Shown: piece by piece, positions 1 through 9,936 of the stretch
How the letters are laid out: every line of letters starts with the position of its first letter
How positions within the stretch are numbered: the first letter of the stretch is position 1
Source: an uncultured Chloroflexia bacterium
Lineage (GTDB): Bacteria; Chloroflexota; Dehalococcoidia; SZUA-161
NCBI GenBank assembly: GCA_963827295.1
Contig: CAWHAI010000011.1
Span: 35,726 to 99,725 of the forward strand
Reading direction: 5' to 3'
Length of the DNA stretch: 64,000 nt
Translations under genes and position numbers: made by a program
The notes under the pieces: generated by a model
What the model was told of the DNA's origin: nothing
The model's input: only the letters and a program-made list of their open reading frames with translations
Databases searched by the model: none

Positions 1-993
1 TGAATATATCCGTAGATATACCAGCCGACCAATGAAGGGGTCGGAGACTATTTTGAATGCCAGGGCAGTAAATGGCGCGTTATCCTTTGCCTCACGGGTG
101 GCCTCCTTGCCTGTTTTCGGGTCAATACCCTTTACCGGAGGCATATCAAGAGGTGAGGGGAGATAATCTACTACAGCATCCAGAATAGGTTCTATACCCT
201 TGTCCTTCAGGGCACTGCCACAAAGCACAGGCACCAGCCTAGTGGACAGCGTGGCTCTCCTCAGAGCCGCCTTAAGCTCGGGGGCAAGGATTTCCTTCCC
301 CTCTACATAAGCGCTCATAAGCGCTTCATCGCTATCAGCTACCTTCTCGATTAACTGCTCGCGATGGCGGGCTGCAGTCTCTTTATATTCCTCAGGGATA
401 GGCGCTTCAACGGGCTTCTCCTCGTTATCATCTGAGAAAAACCAAGCCTTATTTTCAATAAGGTCGATAACACCTTTAAAGGATGCTTCAGCGCCGATGG
501 GTAGTTGTATAGCCACCGGGTTGGCCCCGAGTCGGTCTACTATCATCTTCACTGTATTCAGATAGTCAGCACCGACGCGGTCCATCTTGTTAACAAAGCA
601 TATCCGCGGGACATCATACTTGTCAGCCTGTCGCCAAACAGTCTCCGACTGAGGCTCGACCCCGCAAAGGGCATCAAAGACCACCACACCACCATCAAGA
701 ACCCTGAGGCTGCGCTCCACCTCAGCGGTGAAATCAACATGCCCAGGGGTATCGATGATATTAATCTGACGGCCAAGCCATTCGCAGCTAGTGGCGGCTG
801 CGGTAATAGTGATACCGCGCTCACGCTCCTGTGCCATCCAATCCATCACTGCTGTCCCATCATCCACCTGCCCCACCTTATAGGTACGGCCAGTGTGATG
901 AAGGATGAGCTCGGTGACAGTTGTCTTCCCCGCATCGATGTGAGCGATGATCCCGATATTCCGCACCTGCTCCAGTGCCGAGTTCTGCGCCAT
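1..993 (-). CDS. fusA: Elongation factor G (fusA), N-terminal about 330 aa; 3' end runs off the window
   Basis: Reverse translation from ATG at 993 gives [25 protein letters not shown]... (G1 P-loop [17 protein letters not shown]). Classic rpsL-rpsG-fusA order. The + ORF 505-1014 is antisense noise. Confidence 0.9.
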   Translation of the reverse strand, partial: MAQNSALEQVRNIGIIAHIDAGKTTVTELILHHTGRTYKVGQVDDGTAVMDWMAQERERGITITAAATSCEWLGRQINIIDTPGHVDFTAEVERSLRVLDGGVVVFDALCGVEPQSETVWRQADKYDVPRICFVNKMDRVGADYLNTVKMIVDRLGANPVAIQLPIGAEASFKGVIDLIENKAWFFSDDNEEKPVEAPIPEEYKETAARHREQLIEKVADSDEALMSAYVEGKEILAPELKAALRRATLSTRLVPVLCGSALKDKGIEPILDAVVDYLPSPLDMPPVKGIDPKTGKEATREAKDNAPFTALAFKIVSDPFIGRLVYLRIYS

Positions 994-1053
994 GGCCCCT
1001 TCCCTCTCGGCTAAAAAAGCTCTTTGATTACCCACAATACCTATAAACCTCGT

Positions 1054-1524
1054 TTACCACCTGTAATGGACAAAGGCCTTATTCGCCTCAGCCATACGAT
1101 GGGTATCTTCTCTCTTCTTTATTGTCGTCCCCTGGCCTTTGGAAGCATCTATCAACTCCTCCGCTAGCCTCGCCGCCATTGGCTTGCCCTTGCGCGCCCT
1201 CGTCGAACTAATCAACCAGCGCATCGCCAAAGAGAGACGACGGTCTCCCCTGATGTCCATAGGCACCTGATAGGTAGCACCACCGACCCTACGCGGCTTG
1301 ACCTCGATAACCGGGGTCGCATTCTTCAAAGCTTGCTCGAAGACATCCAGGGGATTCTTCTTAGTCTCCTTTTCGATAATCTCCATAGCCCCATAAACAA
1401 TACCTTCCGCCGTGCTTTTCTTGCCACGGGTCATAAGCTTATTGATGAACCGCGACAGATTAGCACTCTGGAACTTGCCATCAGGCAATGTTCTTCTCTT
1501 AGTTGCTCTAGCTCGCCGAGGCAT
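1054..1524 (-). CDS. rpsG: 30S ribosomal protein S7
   Basis: 156 aa ORF MPRRARATKRR...; highly conserved S7 sequence; sits between rpsL and fusA. Confidence 0.95.
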   Translation of the reverse strand: MPRRARATKRRTLPDGKFQSANLSRFINKLMTRGKKSTAEGIVYGAMEIIEKETKKNPLDVFEQALKNATPVIEVKPRRVGGATYQVPMDIRGDRRLSLAMRWLISSTRARKGKPMAARLAEELIDASKGQGTTIKKREDTHRMAEANKAFVHYRW

Positions 1525-1607
1525 TTTACCTTCCTTAAAACATCCTTATCAATCAAAGAGCTTCTATAAATAGAAGCTCTACAGACCAACCTATCTAAAA
1601 ACCAAGG

Positions 1608-2042
1608 TTAACCTGTTTGAGGGCTAGCCTTGGGTTTTTTAGTTCCGTAGCGGCTACGACCCTGGCGACGATTTTCCACGCCCGTAGCATCCAATGCACC
1701 GCGTATAATGTGATAGCGCACGCCTGGAAGATCCGGGACCCTACCCCCACGAATCAGTACTACCGAATGCTCCTGTAAAGTATGCCCTTCGCCAGGGATA
1801 TAGGCCGTCACTTCCATCCCATTCGTCAACCGCACCCGTGCCACCTTGCGCAGTGCCGAGTTCGGTTTCTTTGGCGTGACCGTCTTCACCTGAAGGCAAA
1901 CCCCTCTTTTCTGAGGAGAGCCCTTATCGCCCCGCTCACTTTTACCCTTCAGCGTATTAAAGGTATAGCGAAGTGCCGGTGCTTTGGCCTTCTTCTTCAG
2001 CTTCTTGCGCCCTTTCCGGACTAACTGGTTTATTGTAGGCAA
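1608..2042 (-). CDS. rpsL: 30S ribosomal protein S12
   Basis: 144 aa [12 protein letters not shown]...[11 protein letters not shown]...; S12 signature. Confidence 0.95.
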   Translation of the reverse strand: MPTINQLVRKGRKKLKKKAKAPALRYTFNTLKGKSERGDKGSPQKRGVCLQVKTVTPKKPNSALRKVARVRLTNGMEVTAYIPGEGHTLQEHSVVLIRGGRVPDLPGVRYHIIRGALDATGVENRRQGRSRYGTKKPKASPQTG

Positions 2043-2238
2043 CGCCCCTCCTTACCCTATTGAGAATGCTTTAGGCGCTAAATTGAAAGTATAATGTAAC
2101 TCAAGATATATGTCAAGAGAGTTTCAGAAGAATGTAAATACTCATTTGATTTCGCCAACTTTGAAATGCTAATGGAAAATATGAAGCTTCGAGGATTCCG
2201 AGGGCACAAGCGATCAGTTTGGCCTTTTAGGAATATAA

Positions 2239-2315
2239 TGGTGGGCGATGGAGGTCTCGAACCTCCGACCTTCTGTGTGTAAAACAGACGCTCTAACCGC
2301 TGAGCTAATCGCCCA
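2239..2315 (-). tRNA. tRNA-Val (anticodon TAC), copy 1 at the island boundary
   Basis: The reverse complement folds as a cloverleaf: GGGCGATTAGCTCAGCGGTTAGAGCGTCTGTTTTACACACAGAAGGTCGGAGGTTCGAGACCTCCATCGCCCACCA. Anticodon loop tTTACac; 3' CCA is encoded. Identical to 11985-12061. Confidence 0.85.
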
Positions 2316-2351
2316 AAGCTAACTCGAAGCTGGAATCACCGCTGAAAGGAC

Positions 2352-3333
2352 ATGCAAAAAGGCACTGTAGAGCGTCTAATTCTCGAAAACTCGGTCTCTA
2401 TCACCAACATCGAGCGGCTAGCACAAGGGTACTTACTGAATTGTCGAGCAGAAGGAAAATCCCCAAAGACTCTGGCAATATATGAGATGGTGCTCAAGAA
2501 CTTCATCTGGTATTGGCACCGAAACGGCTTCCCTGTTCAGCCACAGAAGATTAGCTCTATCCACGTTAGGCAATTCTTATGGTACTTGGCAAGTGAGACT
2601 GACAGGTGGGGCACTGGCAATCCGAGAACAAAGAAAATAGCTACACAAGCTACAGTGTTGGGCTATTACCGGACACTGAAGACATTCTTTAGTTGGCTTG
2701 AACTCGAACAGCTCATAGAGAAAAATCCCTTTGCGAATCTGAAACCACCCAAGGCTGAGAAAAAAGTCATTCAAGCTATAACGCCAATCGAGGTTGAACG
2801 GATGCTGGCTACATGTTCTGGGAAAACCACTCTTGATGTAAGAAATAAAGCTATTCTGTCCATTTCTTGACACAGGATTGAGAGTATCAGAGCTAGCTAG
2901 CCTCACACTCGATGATGTCAACATGGACACCGGCTCGGTTATAGTGAGGCACGGCAAAGGTGGCAAGCAACGCATAGTGCATATAGGCACAAGGGCACAG
3001 AAGGCGCTGTGGAAGTACATGGCCATCTACCGCAAGTCAGAGAGTAAGAGCCTGTTCATAAACAAAGCCAGCGAGCCCCTAGATGTCGTAGGGGTCAAGA
3101 TACTCATCAAAAGGCTAGGAGAGCGCGCCAAAGTCAGTGTATCGCCCCACAAGCTACGCCACACGTTTGCTATCAGCTTCCTACGCGCTGGCGGTGATGT
3201 GTTCAGCCTGCAGTATCTGCTAGGGCATAGCACACTACAGATGACACAGAGATACTTGCAGAGTCTCAATGCAGATGACGCTATCAATGCCCACAGAAAG
3301 TTCAGCCCGCTGGATAACTTGGGGATTAAGTAG
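2352..3333 (+). CDS. Tyrosine-type site-specific recombinase/integrase (XerC/D-like), split by a frameshift near 2860-2880
   Basis: ORF 2352-2870 carries the N-terminal SAM-like core-binding domain. ORF 2878-3333 carries the catalytic domain: R in GLRVSELASL, HKLRHTFA (H-x-x-R), and LGHSTLQMTQRY (His + Tyr nucleophile). The junction reads ...AIL|LDTGLRVSEL after a 1-nt shift. This could be a real pseudogene or an indel error. Confidence 0.8.
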
Positions 3334-4246
3334 GGTACGCTGCCAGAGCTGCTGTAGTAATAATCTGAGGGCTTTCATCACCCTAGCGCCCACCCCCATA
3401 TTAGCCCATAGGCTCGCGGCTGCTACTCCCGACGTCCGCTCAGCTCTTTGGCTTCTTTGATTGCCCCATCATCTTCGAGCTCCCGGCCCCGCCTTTGACA
3501 GGCGCATGATGGGGCTTGTGGCCTTTGCCAGCAGCGTGTCGGCTGGAATGTCGCCCTTTACTTTTCATTTCTACTCAGTTCCTTTCATTACCTTCGTGTG
3601 GGGATTTCTATTTAGGCTCCTGACGTCCGCTCAGCTCTTCTTTTGACTACTTGGCCTGCTTGTCACTAGAGGCCCTCAGACTAGGCCCTTATCGTTGCAT
3701 ACTTCGCAGTGTATTGTACTACCGCCAATGCTTCTGCGAAACCCTAGCCCACCGCATTCTGTACAAGGATGCCTCCCCTGTCCCAAGGTCGGTCTACCTT
3801 CCCTGTACCTGCGCATGACGGACAGGGAAAGGTATTGCTACCCGATATTCTACGCTCCTCCTTCGTGCGCATACCATTGCAGTTTGGACAAATTGGCATC
3901 TATTCACCTCCTCCGCTCTGAGAGTCTTAGTCAGGCTTCCGCTTGTCTTGAAGCTCGTACTTGACCGTCAAGCTAGTGTTACCGCCTTCAGCGCAGCTCT
4001 TTACGAGGTAACCAAGCAAGATTCTTCCTGTCCCTTGTATACGATACCCAAACAAGAAAGTCAAGCGCTGGGGAAATCGGGTAGTAGGTCATTTTGAGTC
4101 GCTTATTTATTGAGGATAATCTGAGGAACAGCATGAAGCACTACAGGGCGCTGCTCGGGTAGGTCAATATCCATGCTCTGGGTAAAGTAACCGCCTGATG
4201 GCAATTGTGGCAACTGGGGTGATTCTGGCGAGCAACCGCCTAATAC

Positions 4247-4534
4247 CTAGCGCTCGGGCAGTGGGTATTTGTCCTCGTCCGCCAAGTCTTTGACCGCCTT
4301 GGCAATTTGTGCAGCGCTTGCTTTCTCTAGAGTAAGACCCGATTGACGCTTGATTTCCCCTTCTATCTCATCTGCCTGTTTCATGGCACGCTCAACTCGC
4401 CTCTTGAGTGCCTCCTTATGAGCACGCGTCTTTTCAGCTTCGCTACTGTCATAACGACTTATGCGTCGCACTTGTGCTGCTTCAAATAGAGTGCTGTAGG
4501 GAGCACCCATTAACGCAATAAAACAAAGTCCCAA
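4247..4534 (-). CDS. Hypothetical small charged protein (island)
   Basis: 95 aa ORF; K/E/R-rich, coiled-coil-like. No recognisable family. Confidence 0.35.
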   Translation of the reverse strand: MGLCFIALMGAPYSTLFEAAQVRRISRYDSSEAEKTRAHKEALKRRVERAMKQADEIEGEIKRQSGLTLEKASAAQIAKAVKDLADEDKYPLPER

Positions 4535-5023
4535 TCTTTGTGTCTGCCACTTCCTCTTGGGTGAATAAAGTAACGGATTTTTGCAAACCCGCCATCGTCA
4601 TATACCTGTATCTTTAGTCCACGTGTCAACAAAATTGTATGACTTTTGTTGTTCATCATGTGCTCAAATCTATAAAGAGATACCTATCGCGAGAATTCTA
4701 CTTCCAGAGGAGAGAAATGGCAATAACGAGGTTATTGAGCTATCCGAGCTGGAGATAGTCTGTTTTAGGCCACAGAAAGCCAGCAAGTACCACGAAAGGG
4801 GGTGAAGCCCTGACCTGACATGACCGATTGCGCCCTAGTAAACAAGAAGAGCGCCCGCGGCAAATCGAGCGCTCCTGGGGTGAGTCCCCCTAGGCAATGA
4901 GAAGCTTCTGTCTTGACAATAGCACATCGGTTCTGCGCCGTCAAGCCTTCAATTGTCTGTCGATTCCCCCAGAGTAGTTCAAGGTCTCTAGTCCAAAATT
5001 CTAATAAAATAGGGAGGATACAC

Positions 5024-6241
5024 ATGCTTAGCGACCAATATAGACCCGAAAAAGGCGAGAGTCCTACGCTTATAGACGATGCATGGGAAACTGAGGCTTA
5101 CGACCCCCTTGCCGATGCCCTGGAGCTAGCCGCACAGGCTCTCCGTTTGACCACAGGGCATGACCGCTACCAGCGGCTGAAGGTCGCATACTGGATACTG
5201 GCCACTCACTTTTTGCCTGTCTTCGACCCGTTCCCTGGGCTTGCTGTCTTCGGCCCACCCACGAGTGGCAAATCAGCGACTATAGACGTCATACACGGCT
5301 TGGCCATGAAAGTAGTGAAGGTAACTGGCTCAACGCTTACTGAGGCAGCGCTAAAGGCGTCAATGGCGCAGGCCGAGCGCGGAACTCTGGTCATCGACGA
5401 AGCCGACCAACTGTCGACGCAACTACTGGAGGACATCCTTATAACACGTTACTCTTTGTCCACTGGCATTTGGCGGAAGATGGTCACGCCAGGAGATGGC
5501 CAATGGAGGGCGCGAGAGTTCCGCACCTCTGGTGCGACTGCCTTACATCGCAGAAACCTGTTCCGAGACCCTGCACTATCGCGCAGGATAATTCCCGTCA
5601 GAACCATACGGATAAAAGGCAAATATGCTCCTGTTACTTCCTGCATCCAATTGTTCGAGCAGTTTAGGGCGCTCGACATCTTCAACAGCAGCCTTGATGC
5701 CAATGGCAATAGCTCAGGAGAGAAGTTGCCCAAGCTTCCCCAAGTTGAAAATGCCTGGGACATCGAGCCCGGCATATTTGACTGCTATAGACCATTGATT
5801 GTGCTGGCTACCTACCTGAGCGACCACCTATTTCTGGCCCAGCTAAGGGTTGAGATGGAGGCAGCAACAGAACGGCTCATGGTTGAAGAGAATTACCTAG
5901 AAGCGCCGACCTTGCTGCATACCCTAATCAACCTGGCCAACGAGGAAATGAAGAACGGCTTCACCACTGCAAGGCTTGCCATCGAGGTGAGCAAGATTGA
6001 GCCAGCCATTCTAAGAGAATATGGGCACACGTGTCCTTTGGTGGGTCTAGCGGCCAATCAACGGAATAGGATACTCAGAGAAGACCTCGGCTTCGAAGTC
6101 GTATCGGCTGGCGGCAGAATGAGGGTCAGGTTTACGATTCCACAACTGATGGCGCAGTGCAATGAGAACAATATCAAAGATGAATTGCTCGACGAGTGGG
6201 ACGCTGAGCTAAAGAAGTTGGAGGGCAAAGACAATCAATAG
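5024..6241 (+). CDS. P-loop NTPase, putative replication helicase/primase-associated protein (SF3/DUF3987-like)
   Basis: RBS AGGGAGGA then ATG at 5024. Walker A GPPTSGKS, and Walker B LVIDEADQL about 40 aa downstream; this close spacing is typical of SF3 (D5/P4-alpha-like) helicases. Iteron-like repeats begin 15 bp after the stop. Confidence 0.6.
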   Translation: MLSDQYRPEKGESPTLIDDAWETEAYDPLADALELAAQALRLTTGHDRYQRLKVAYWILATHFLPVFDPFPGLAVFGPPTSGKSATIDVIHGLAMKVVKVTGSTLTEAALKASMAQAERGTLVIDEADQLSTQLLEDILITRYSLSTGIWRKMVTPGDGQWRAREFRTSGATALHRRNLFRDPALSRRIIPVRTIRIKGKYAPVTSCIQLFEQFRALDIFNSSLDANGNSSGEKLPKLPQVENAWDIEPGIFDCYRPLIVLATYLSDHLFLAQLRVEMEAATERLMVEENYLEAPTLLHTLINLANEEMKNGFTTARLAIEVSKIEPAILREYGHTCPLVGLAANQRNRILREDLGFEVVSAGGRMRVRFTIPQLMAQCNENNIKDELLDEWDAELKKLEGKDNQ

Positions 6242-6255
6242 AGGTCAAGGCAGAA

Positions 6256-6276
6256 AGTTAATAAAGTTAATGAAGT
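6256..6276 (+). repeat. Iteron-like tandem repeat AGTTAAT(A/G)A x2, directly 3' of the rep-like gene; putative ori or operator
   Basis: agttaataa|agttaatga|agt read directly. Related copies lie at 9764-9790 (three tandem units), 9856-9876 (inverted) and 6358-6368 (inverted single unit). Confidence 0.5.
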
Positions 6277-6664
6277 GAGCCTTTTTATATATAGGCTACT
6301 TACAAAAGGAAAATCTACAGGATATGAAGTTGTAGTCCGCGTACACTATATATTTTTCTATTAACTTTGCTCACTTTTCTAACTAAGAATGTTAGCGCCA
6401 ACCTAGTCAACATAGCTATCTAAGTCGTCGGTGGCCCCTATTATTGAAAAGAACGGAAATGCCACTTGACAGGCGCGAAGGTATATGGTATTGTATCTAG
6501 TGATGTCGATAAGGCTCGATACTATTCGAACATCAAAGAGACAGTTAGGAGGAGTAGATGAGTTAAAAACATAGACATAATAACAAGAAGTTGCTTCATA
6601 CCCCGGAGAGGAGACCCAAGAGACGGGGTGAATGCATAAAGGACTTTAATAACGTTAAGAAAGG

Positions 6665-6868
6665 ATGAAAAGGATGAAAAGGATAGTCGACATACCCGTA
6701 ATACGATGCGGCATCTGTGATGATTTGCTTCCCGCCCAGAGACTAGATGTAGTTAGATTGCACATGACAAAGTTGCATAAGATGGATGAAGGTGTCTCTA
6801 AGATAGTAGGTGCAGGTGTAGAAGTCAAGAAGGAAGTAGATTACGTTACTGTTGGCAATCCTTTCTAA
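6665..6868 (+). CDS. Hypothetical small protein with C-x-x-C
   Basis: 67 aa ORF in the AT-rich part of the island; weak RBS aagaaagg. Confidence 0.35.
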   Translation: MKRMKRIVDIPVIRCGICDDLLPAQRLDVVRLHMTKLHKMDEGVSKIVGAGVEVKKEVDYVTVGNPF

Positions 6869-7033
6869 GGAGGTGGTCCTAAGTGGCAAATGAGTATAAA
6901 TTGGTTCTCAATCTTGAGCAGTGGAAGGAGGTCTACAGTATCCTGCAGTTTGCAGAATCTGCTGGAAAGCTGTCCTGTGATGTTTTGGAGGAGGGTCCCT
7001 TATTAAATTAGGTACATTAGGAGGATATGTTAC

Positions 7034-7423
7034 GTGCCTACAGAAATCGATGGCAAGACATTCTATCGCACACAAGAGGCATGCGAAAAAGCTGGTGTCA
7101 GTAGAGCAACCTTGTTCCGGTGGCTCAGGACTGGAGTTATCCTAGACGTTGAACACAAAGACCGCCGAGGATGGAGGCTATTTTCTGAGAAGGATATAAA
7201 AAGGTTGCGTAAGGAGGCGAAAGCAGTAAGAGAAGAACATCTCCAGAAATATAGGATGACGCAAGTTCCCTTGGACACTTGGCGCAATTTGAAATTACTG
7301 TCGGATGTCACTCAAAGGCCAATGACTGAGCTCATAGGCTTAGCTGTGACAGAATACGCTGCGAGCGGCCACTGGACTACTTTACCTAAAAGGAAAACAC
7401 TTAGGAGGCCTCGCCAGAAGTGA
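7034..7423 (+). CDS. MerR/excisionase-type HTH DNA-binding protein (AlpA/Xis-like)
   Basis: GTG start after RBS AGGAGGA. N-terminal motif TQEACEKAGVSRATLFRWLRTGVI...RGWRLFSEKDI matches the winged-HTH of the MerR/excisionase family. Confidence 0.6.
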   Translation: MPTEIDGKTFYRTQEACEKAGVSRATLFRWLRTGVILDVEHKDRRGWRLFSEKDIKRLRKEAKAVREEHLQKYRMTQVPLDTWRNLKLLSDVTQRPMTELIGLAVTEYAASGHWTTLPKRKTLRRPRQK

Positions 7424-7496
7424 CTAAGAACATGAGAAGTGTAATAGTTGTCCTGAGCAGTCAGCTGGCAGGGACAGCTTAGGAGAGGATGGACAA

Positions 7497-8140
7497 ATGG
7501 AAAAAACCGAACTCAACCAGACTTACGAATACATTGACCTAATCCGAGGGAAGGTCGACGCGGCAAGAATAGAGCCAGACTTTTCTGCAGCACTCAGTGA
7601 GCGTATGCAGAGAACGCCCACTTCGATACAGAGCGACCGCGATGTGCTCCGGACCTTTGCACGATTGATAGCCTACAGCCAGAACGCAAAAGCTGCCTTA
7701 GTAAAGGATATGCTCTCCAAGGGCATTTTTGACACAGTTTTTCGCAATTATGAGGTCGAGCAAGTTCGCACGATAGAAGCTACTGCCGTTGAAGCTATGT
7801 ATTGGCATGCCATTAAAGCAATTAGGTTTAAGCGGAAAATCCAAGCAATTATCAACTGCGCAGAATCTCTGGCATCTATCCAAGCGAAATACGGCTCTTT
7901 CGTCAAATTGCTTGAACAAGACAGATATTCCACCGACCCTACAATCCGCGGCTGATGTTGAGAAATTCTGGCAAGGATTCGGCAGGCTTCTGCTGGTCGT
8001 GGAGACAGAAAAGATACCCTTCTTTAAATGCACGACAAGTCTCCTGCATTTTCTTCTCTCTATTGGATATGATTGCATTAAGCCAGACATCATAGTTATG
8101 ATGGTCGCAAAGAAGGGCAACATCGTACCATCGGAGACTG
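7497..8140 (+). CDS. DNA-3-methyladenine glycosylase I (Tag)-like protein, frameshifted; 3' end uncertain
   Basis: RBS GGAGAGGA. The segment FARLIAYSQNAKAALVKDMLSKGIFDTVFRNYEVEQV...AIRFKRKIQAIINCAESLASIQ aligns to Tag (FEMICLEGQQAGLSW...FHQFDPVKVA...IRHRGKIQAIIGNARAYLQ). Similarity continues in the +1 frame after 7955 (FFKCTTSLLHFLLSIGYDCIKPD versus FKFVGTTICYSFMQACGLVNDH). The N-terminal zinc-snap Cys residues are absent. Confidence 0.45.
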
Positions 8141-8657
8141 GGGATGGTAACAGAAGAAAGGTGGTCAGGGACATCCAATTATACAGCGTCGATAGGCAAA
8201 TCAGACCTAGCGTCGTCGACCTGTACTTCCTGATATACGGGGGCCAGACAGGGGTTACACATCTCGTTCACCCCTGGTTCTACGGTCACAAAGCTGGAAG
8301 TCTAACAACTCATTGCAGTTCGGGTGCGAGTGCGGATACTACAGGCTATACCGTTTAGCGTTTTGTGCAGACCACATGAACCTGGCCATAAGTTTTTGCC
8401 CATTTTTTAAGAAAGATAATTTTGGCGCACTCCGCTAATCAAGAATAATCCAAACTGTAGAAGGTCCCCCCTATTTAAGAAAAATGGCCATTAGAGTTTG
8501 TGCAGACCATCTGAAGGCTGCCTCAGCCGCTAGACCTGCAAACCGCCTGCCCTGTCGAACCCTGTCGACATTTCCCTCATGCCCTTGACGGTCTGCTCCC
8601 AGGCGTCACCTGGCTTGGAACCGAGCGTCTTGAAGCTGTCGCTCTTTACTTCATGCA

Positions 8658-9626
8658 CTACAACTTCGTTCGGACTATCAGACAAATGTGTATGAATTTA
8701 AGAGCCTCCCTTTTCCAATTCACCGAATCGGCCTCTCTCCACCATCGTATTTCTATTCGTTGATGGGGTAATAGTGTGCCTGACAACCTGTAAGCATTTA
8801 AGCCAAGTTGTTCAGCAGGTAAGCGATAGCCAAATTGCACCTTAGTCTTTATCCCCTTATAGGCATCAATGGTTACTTGAGGGTTGCGTGTTGGATATTC
8901 AAAAGCCCAATAGTTTGCATCATTTGTGCGTTTGATTTCCTCTACTTCCGACCATACAATTAATTCATCACTCGCCCCTAGATAGATTGCTGGCACACCC
9001 TTTATTTCCCATCCACAATCAGTTTTTTTAATACTTTCGTCTTTTGCGTCCCATTTATCGTCCCCCTTGATATATCCGAAGGATAATATTCGAGATGAAC
9101 CTGTTTTGTGGAACCATTCGTCAATACCAACTCCACATTTCTCTACTAGGCTTCTTATACCACTAACATTTATGAACCTTCTCTGTGTTCTCACATTGAG
9201 TATACATGTATCATCATCAATTGCAGTTAGCTTGCAGGTTTGAATATGTTCGATGCATAAAATGTGTGCCTCATAAATCCACTTCATCTCCTCTTTCAAT
9301 TCGTCTGGTAAAATATAGCCAATTGAAGCCACAAAAGCCTCTTTAGCCAGTTGACGCCTAAGAACTTGGTCAACAGTAATCCCAAGAATTCCTGCTACGA
9401 GAAACCCAACGCCAATGTCATGTAGTAATTGCCAATCGCCCTTTCCTTCTGTCAGGAGAATATAAGCGACCAGAATGATAATAACCCCCAAAAGGGAGAC
9501 TAGTACCATCAAGAATGGAAGATGCCATCGTTCCCACCATGATGATAGCTTTGCTTTTAGCTTTGCTTTTACCTTTGCTTTTGTCATCTCTCCCTCTCCC
9601 TTGAAGTCTGGTGCTCCAACTTCCAT
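8658..9626 (-). CDS. Membrane-anchored hypothetical protein (2 N-terminal TM helices + soluble domain of about 230 aa), low-GC cargo
   Basis: 322 aa. Lys-rich N-terminus, TM helices LPFLMVLVSLLGVIIILVAYILL and IGVGFLVAGILGITV. The local GC is clearly below its surroundings. No family recognised. Confidence 0.55.
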   Translation of the reverse strand: MEVGAPDFKGEGEMTKAKVKAKLKAKLSSWWERWHLPFLMVLVSLLGVIIILVAYILLTEGKGDWQLLHDIGVGFLVAGILGITVDQVLRRQLAKEAFVASIGYILPDELKEEMKWIYEAHILCIEHIQTCKLTAIDDDTCILNVRTQRRFINVSGIRSLVEKCGVGIDEWFHKTGSSRILSFGYIKGDDKWDAKDESIKKTDCGWEIKGVPAIYLGASDELIVWSEVEEIKRTNDANYWAFEYPTRNPQVTIDAYKGIKTKVQFGYRLPAEQLGLNAYRLSGTLLPHQRIEIRWWREADSVNWKREALKFIHICLIVRTKL

Positions 9627-9763
9627 ATCAAGGTCTAATCATTATAACACCTCCAAAAATGAAGAGATTCAAAATGACACACTACCCAATTTACGCAGGG
9701 CTTGACTTTCTTGTTTGAGATGTGGAGAACTGATTGGAGCTTGGAGCCGACTGTAAGCTGCTA

Positions 9764-9876
9764 GTTAAACAAGTTAATGAAGTTAATGAAAAAATATATA
9801 CATGCATGACCACCCACTGCATTAGTATTCTGTTGCGACCCCATATATACAAAAACATTAACTTTATTAACTTATC
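9764..9876. repeat. Iteron array (3 direct units, 9764-9790) and inverted iteron pair (9856-9876) flanking a roughly 65-bp AT-rich spacer; candidate origin/operator
   Basis: agttaaaca|agttaatga|agttaatgaa ... AT-rich ... cattaactttattaacttatc (reverse complement gataagttaataaagttaatg). Confidence 0.45.
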
Positions 9877-9936
9877 TAACGCCGTGCTTCACCCCAGACT
9901 CTGATTTCTGTAACTAATCCTTGTTCGGAATTCGAC

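Noticed and set aside
505-1014. 169-aa ORF on the + strand.
   Set aside because: It is entirely antisense to the clearly conserved fusA N-terminus (AHIDAGKTT...); a shadow ORF in GC-rich coding DNA.
2352-3333. Calling the integrase (and the island tag gene) genuine pseudogenes, implying a decaying fossil element.
   Set aside because: The same kind of single-base frameshift affects many essential chromosomal genes in this window, so sequencing error is the more parsimonious explanation.
3334-4246. Considered tmRNA, a group II intron, or an RNase P RNA in the non-coding tract after the integrase.
   Set aside because: No tmRNA tag-peptide/acceptor arm, no domain V consensus, and no P4/CR-I motifs were recognisable. 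Left as an unassigned non-coding region.
7698-8174. 158-aa minus-strand ORF and the 7789-8358 + ORF treated as independent genes.
   Set aside because: The minus ORF is antisense to the Tag-like gene. The + ORF is the frame-shifted continuation of the Tag-like gene rather than a separate protein.
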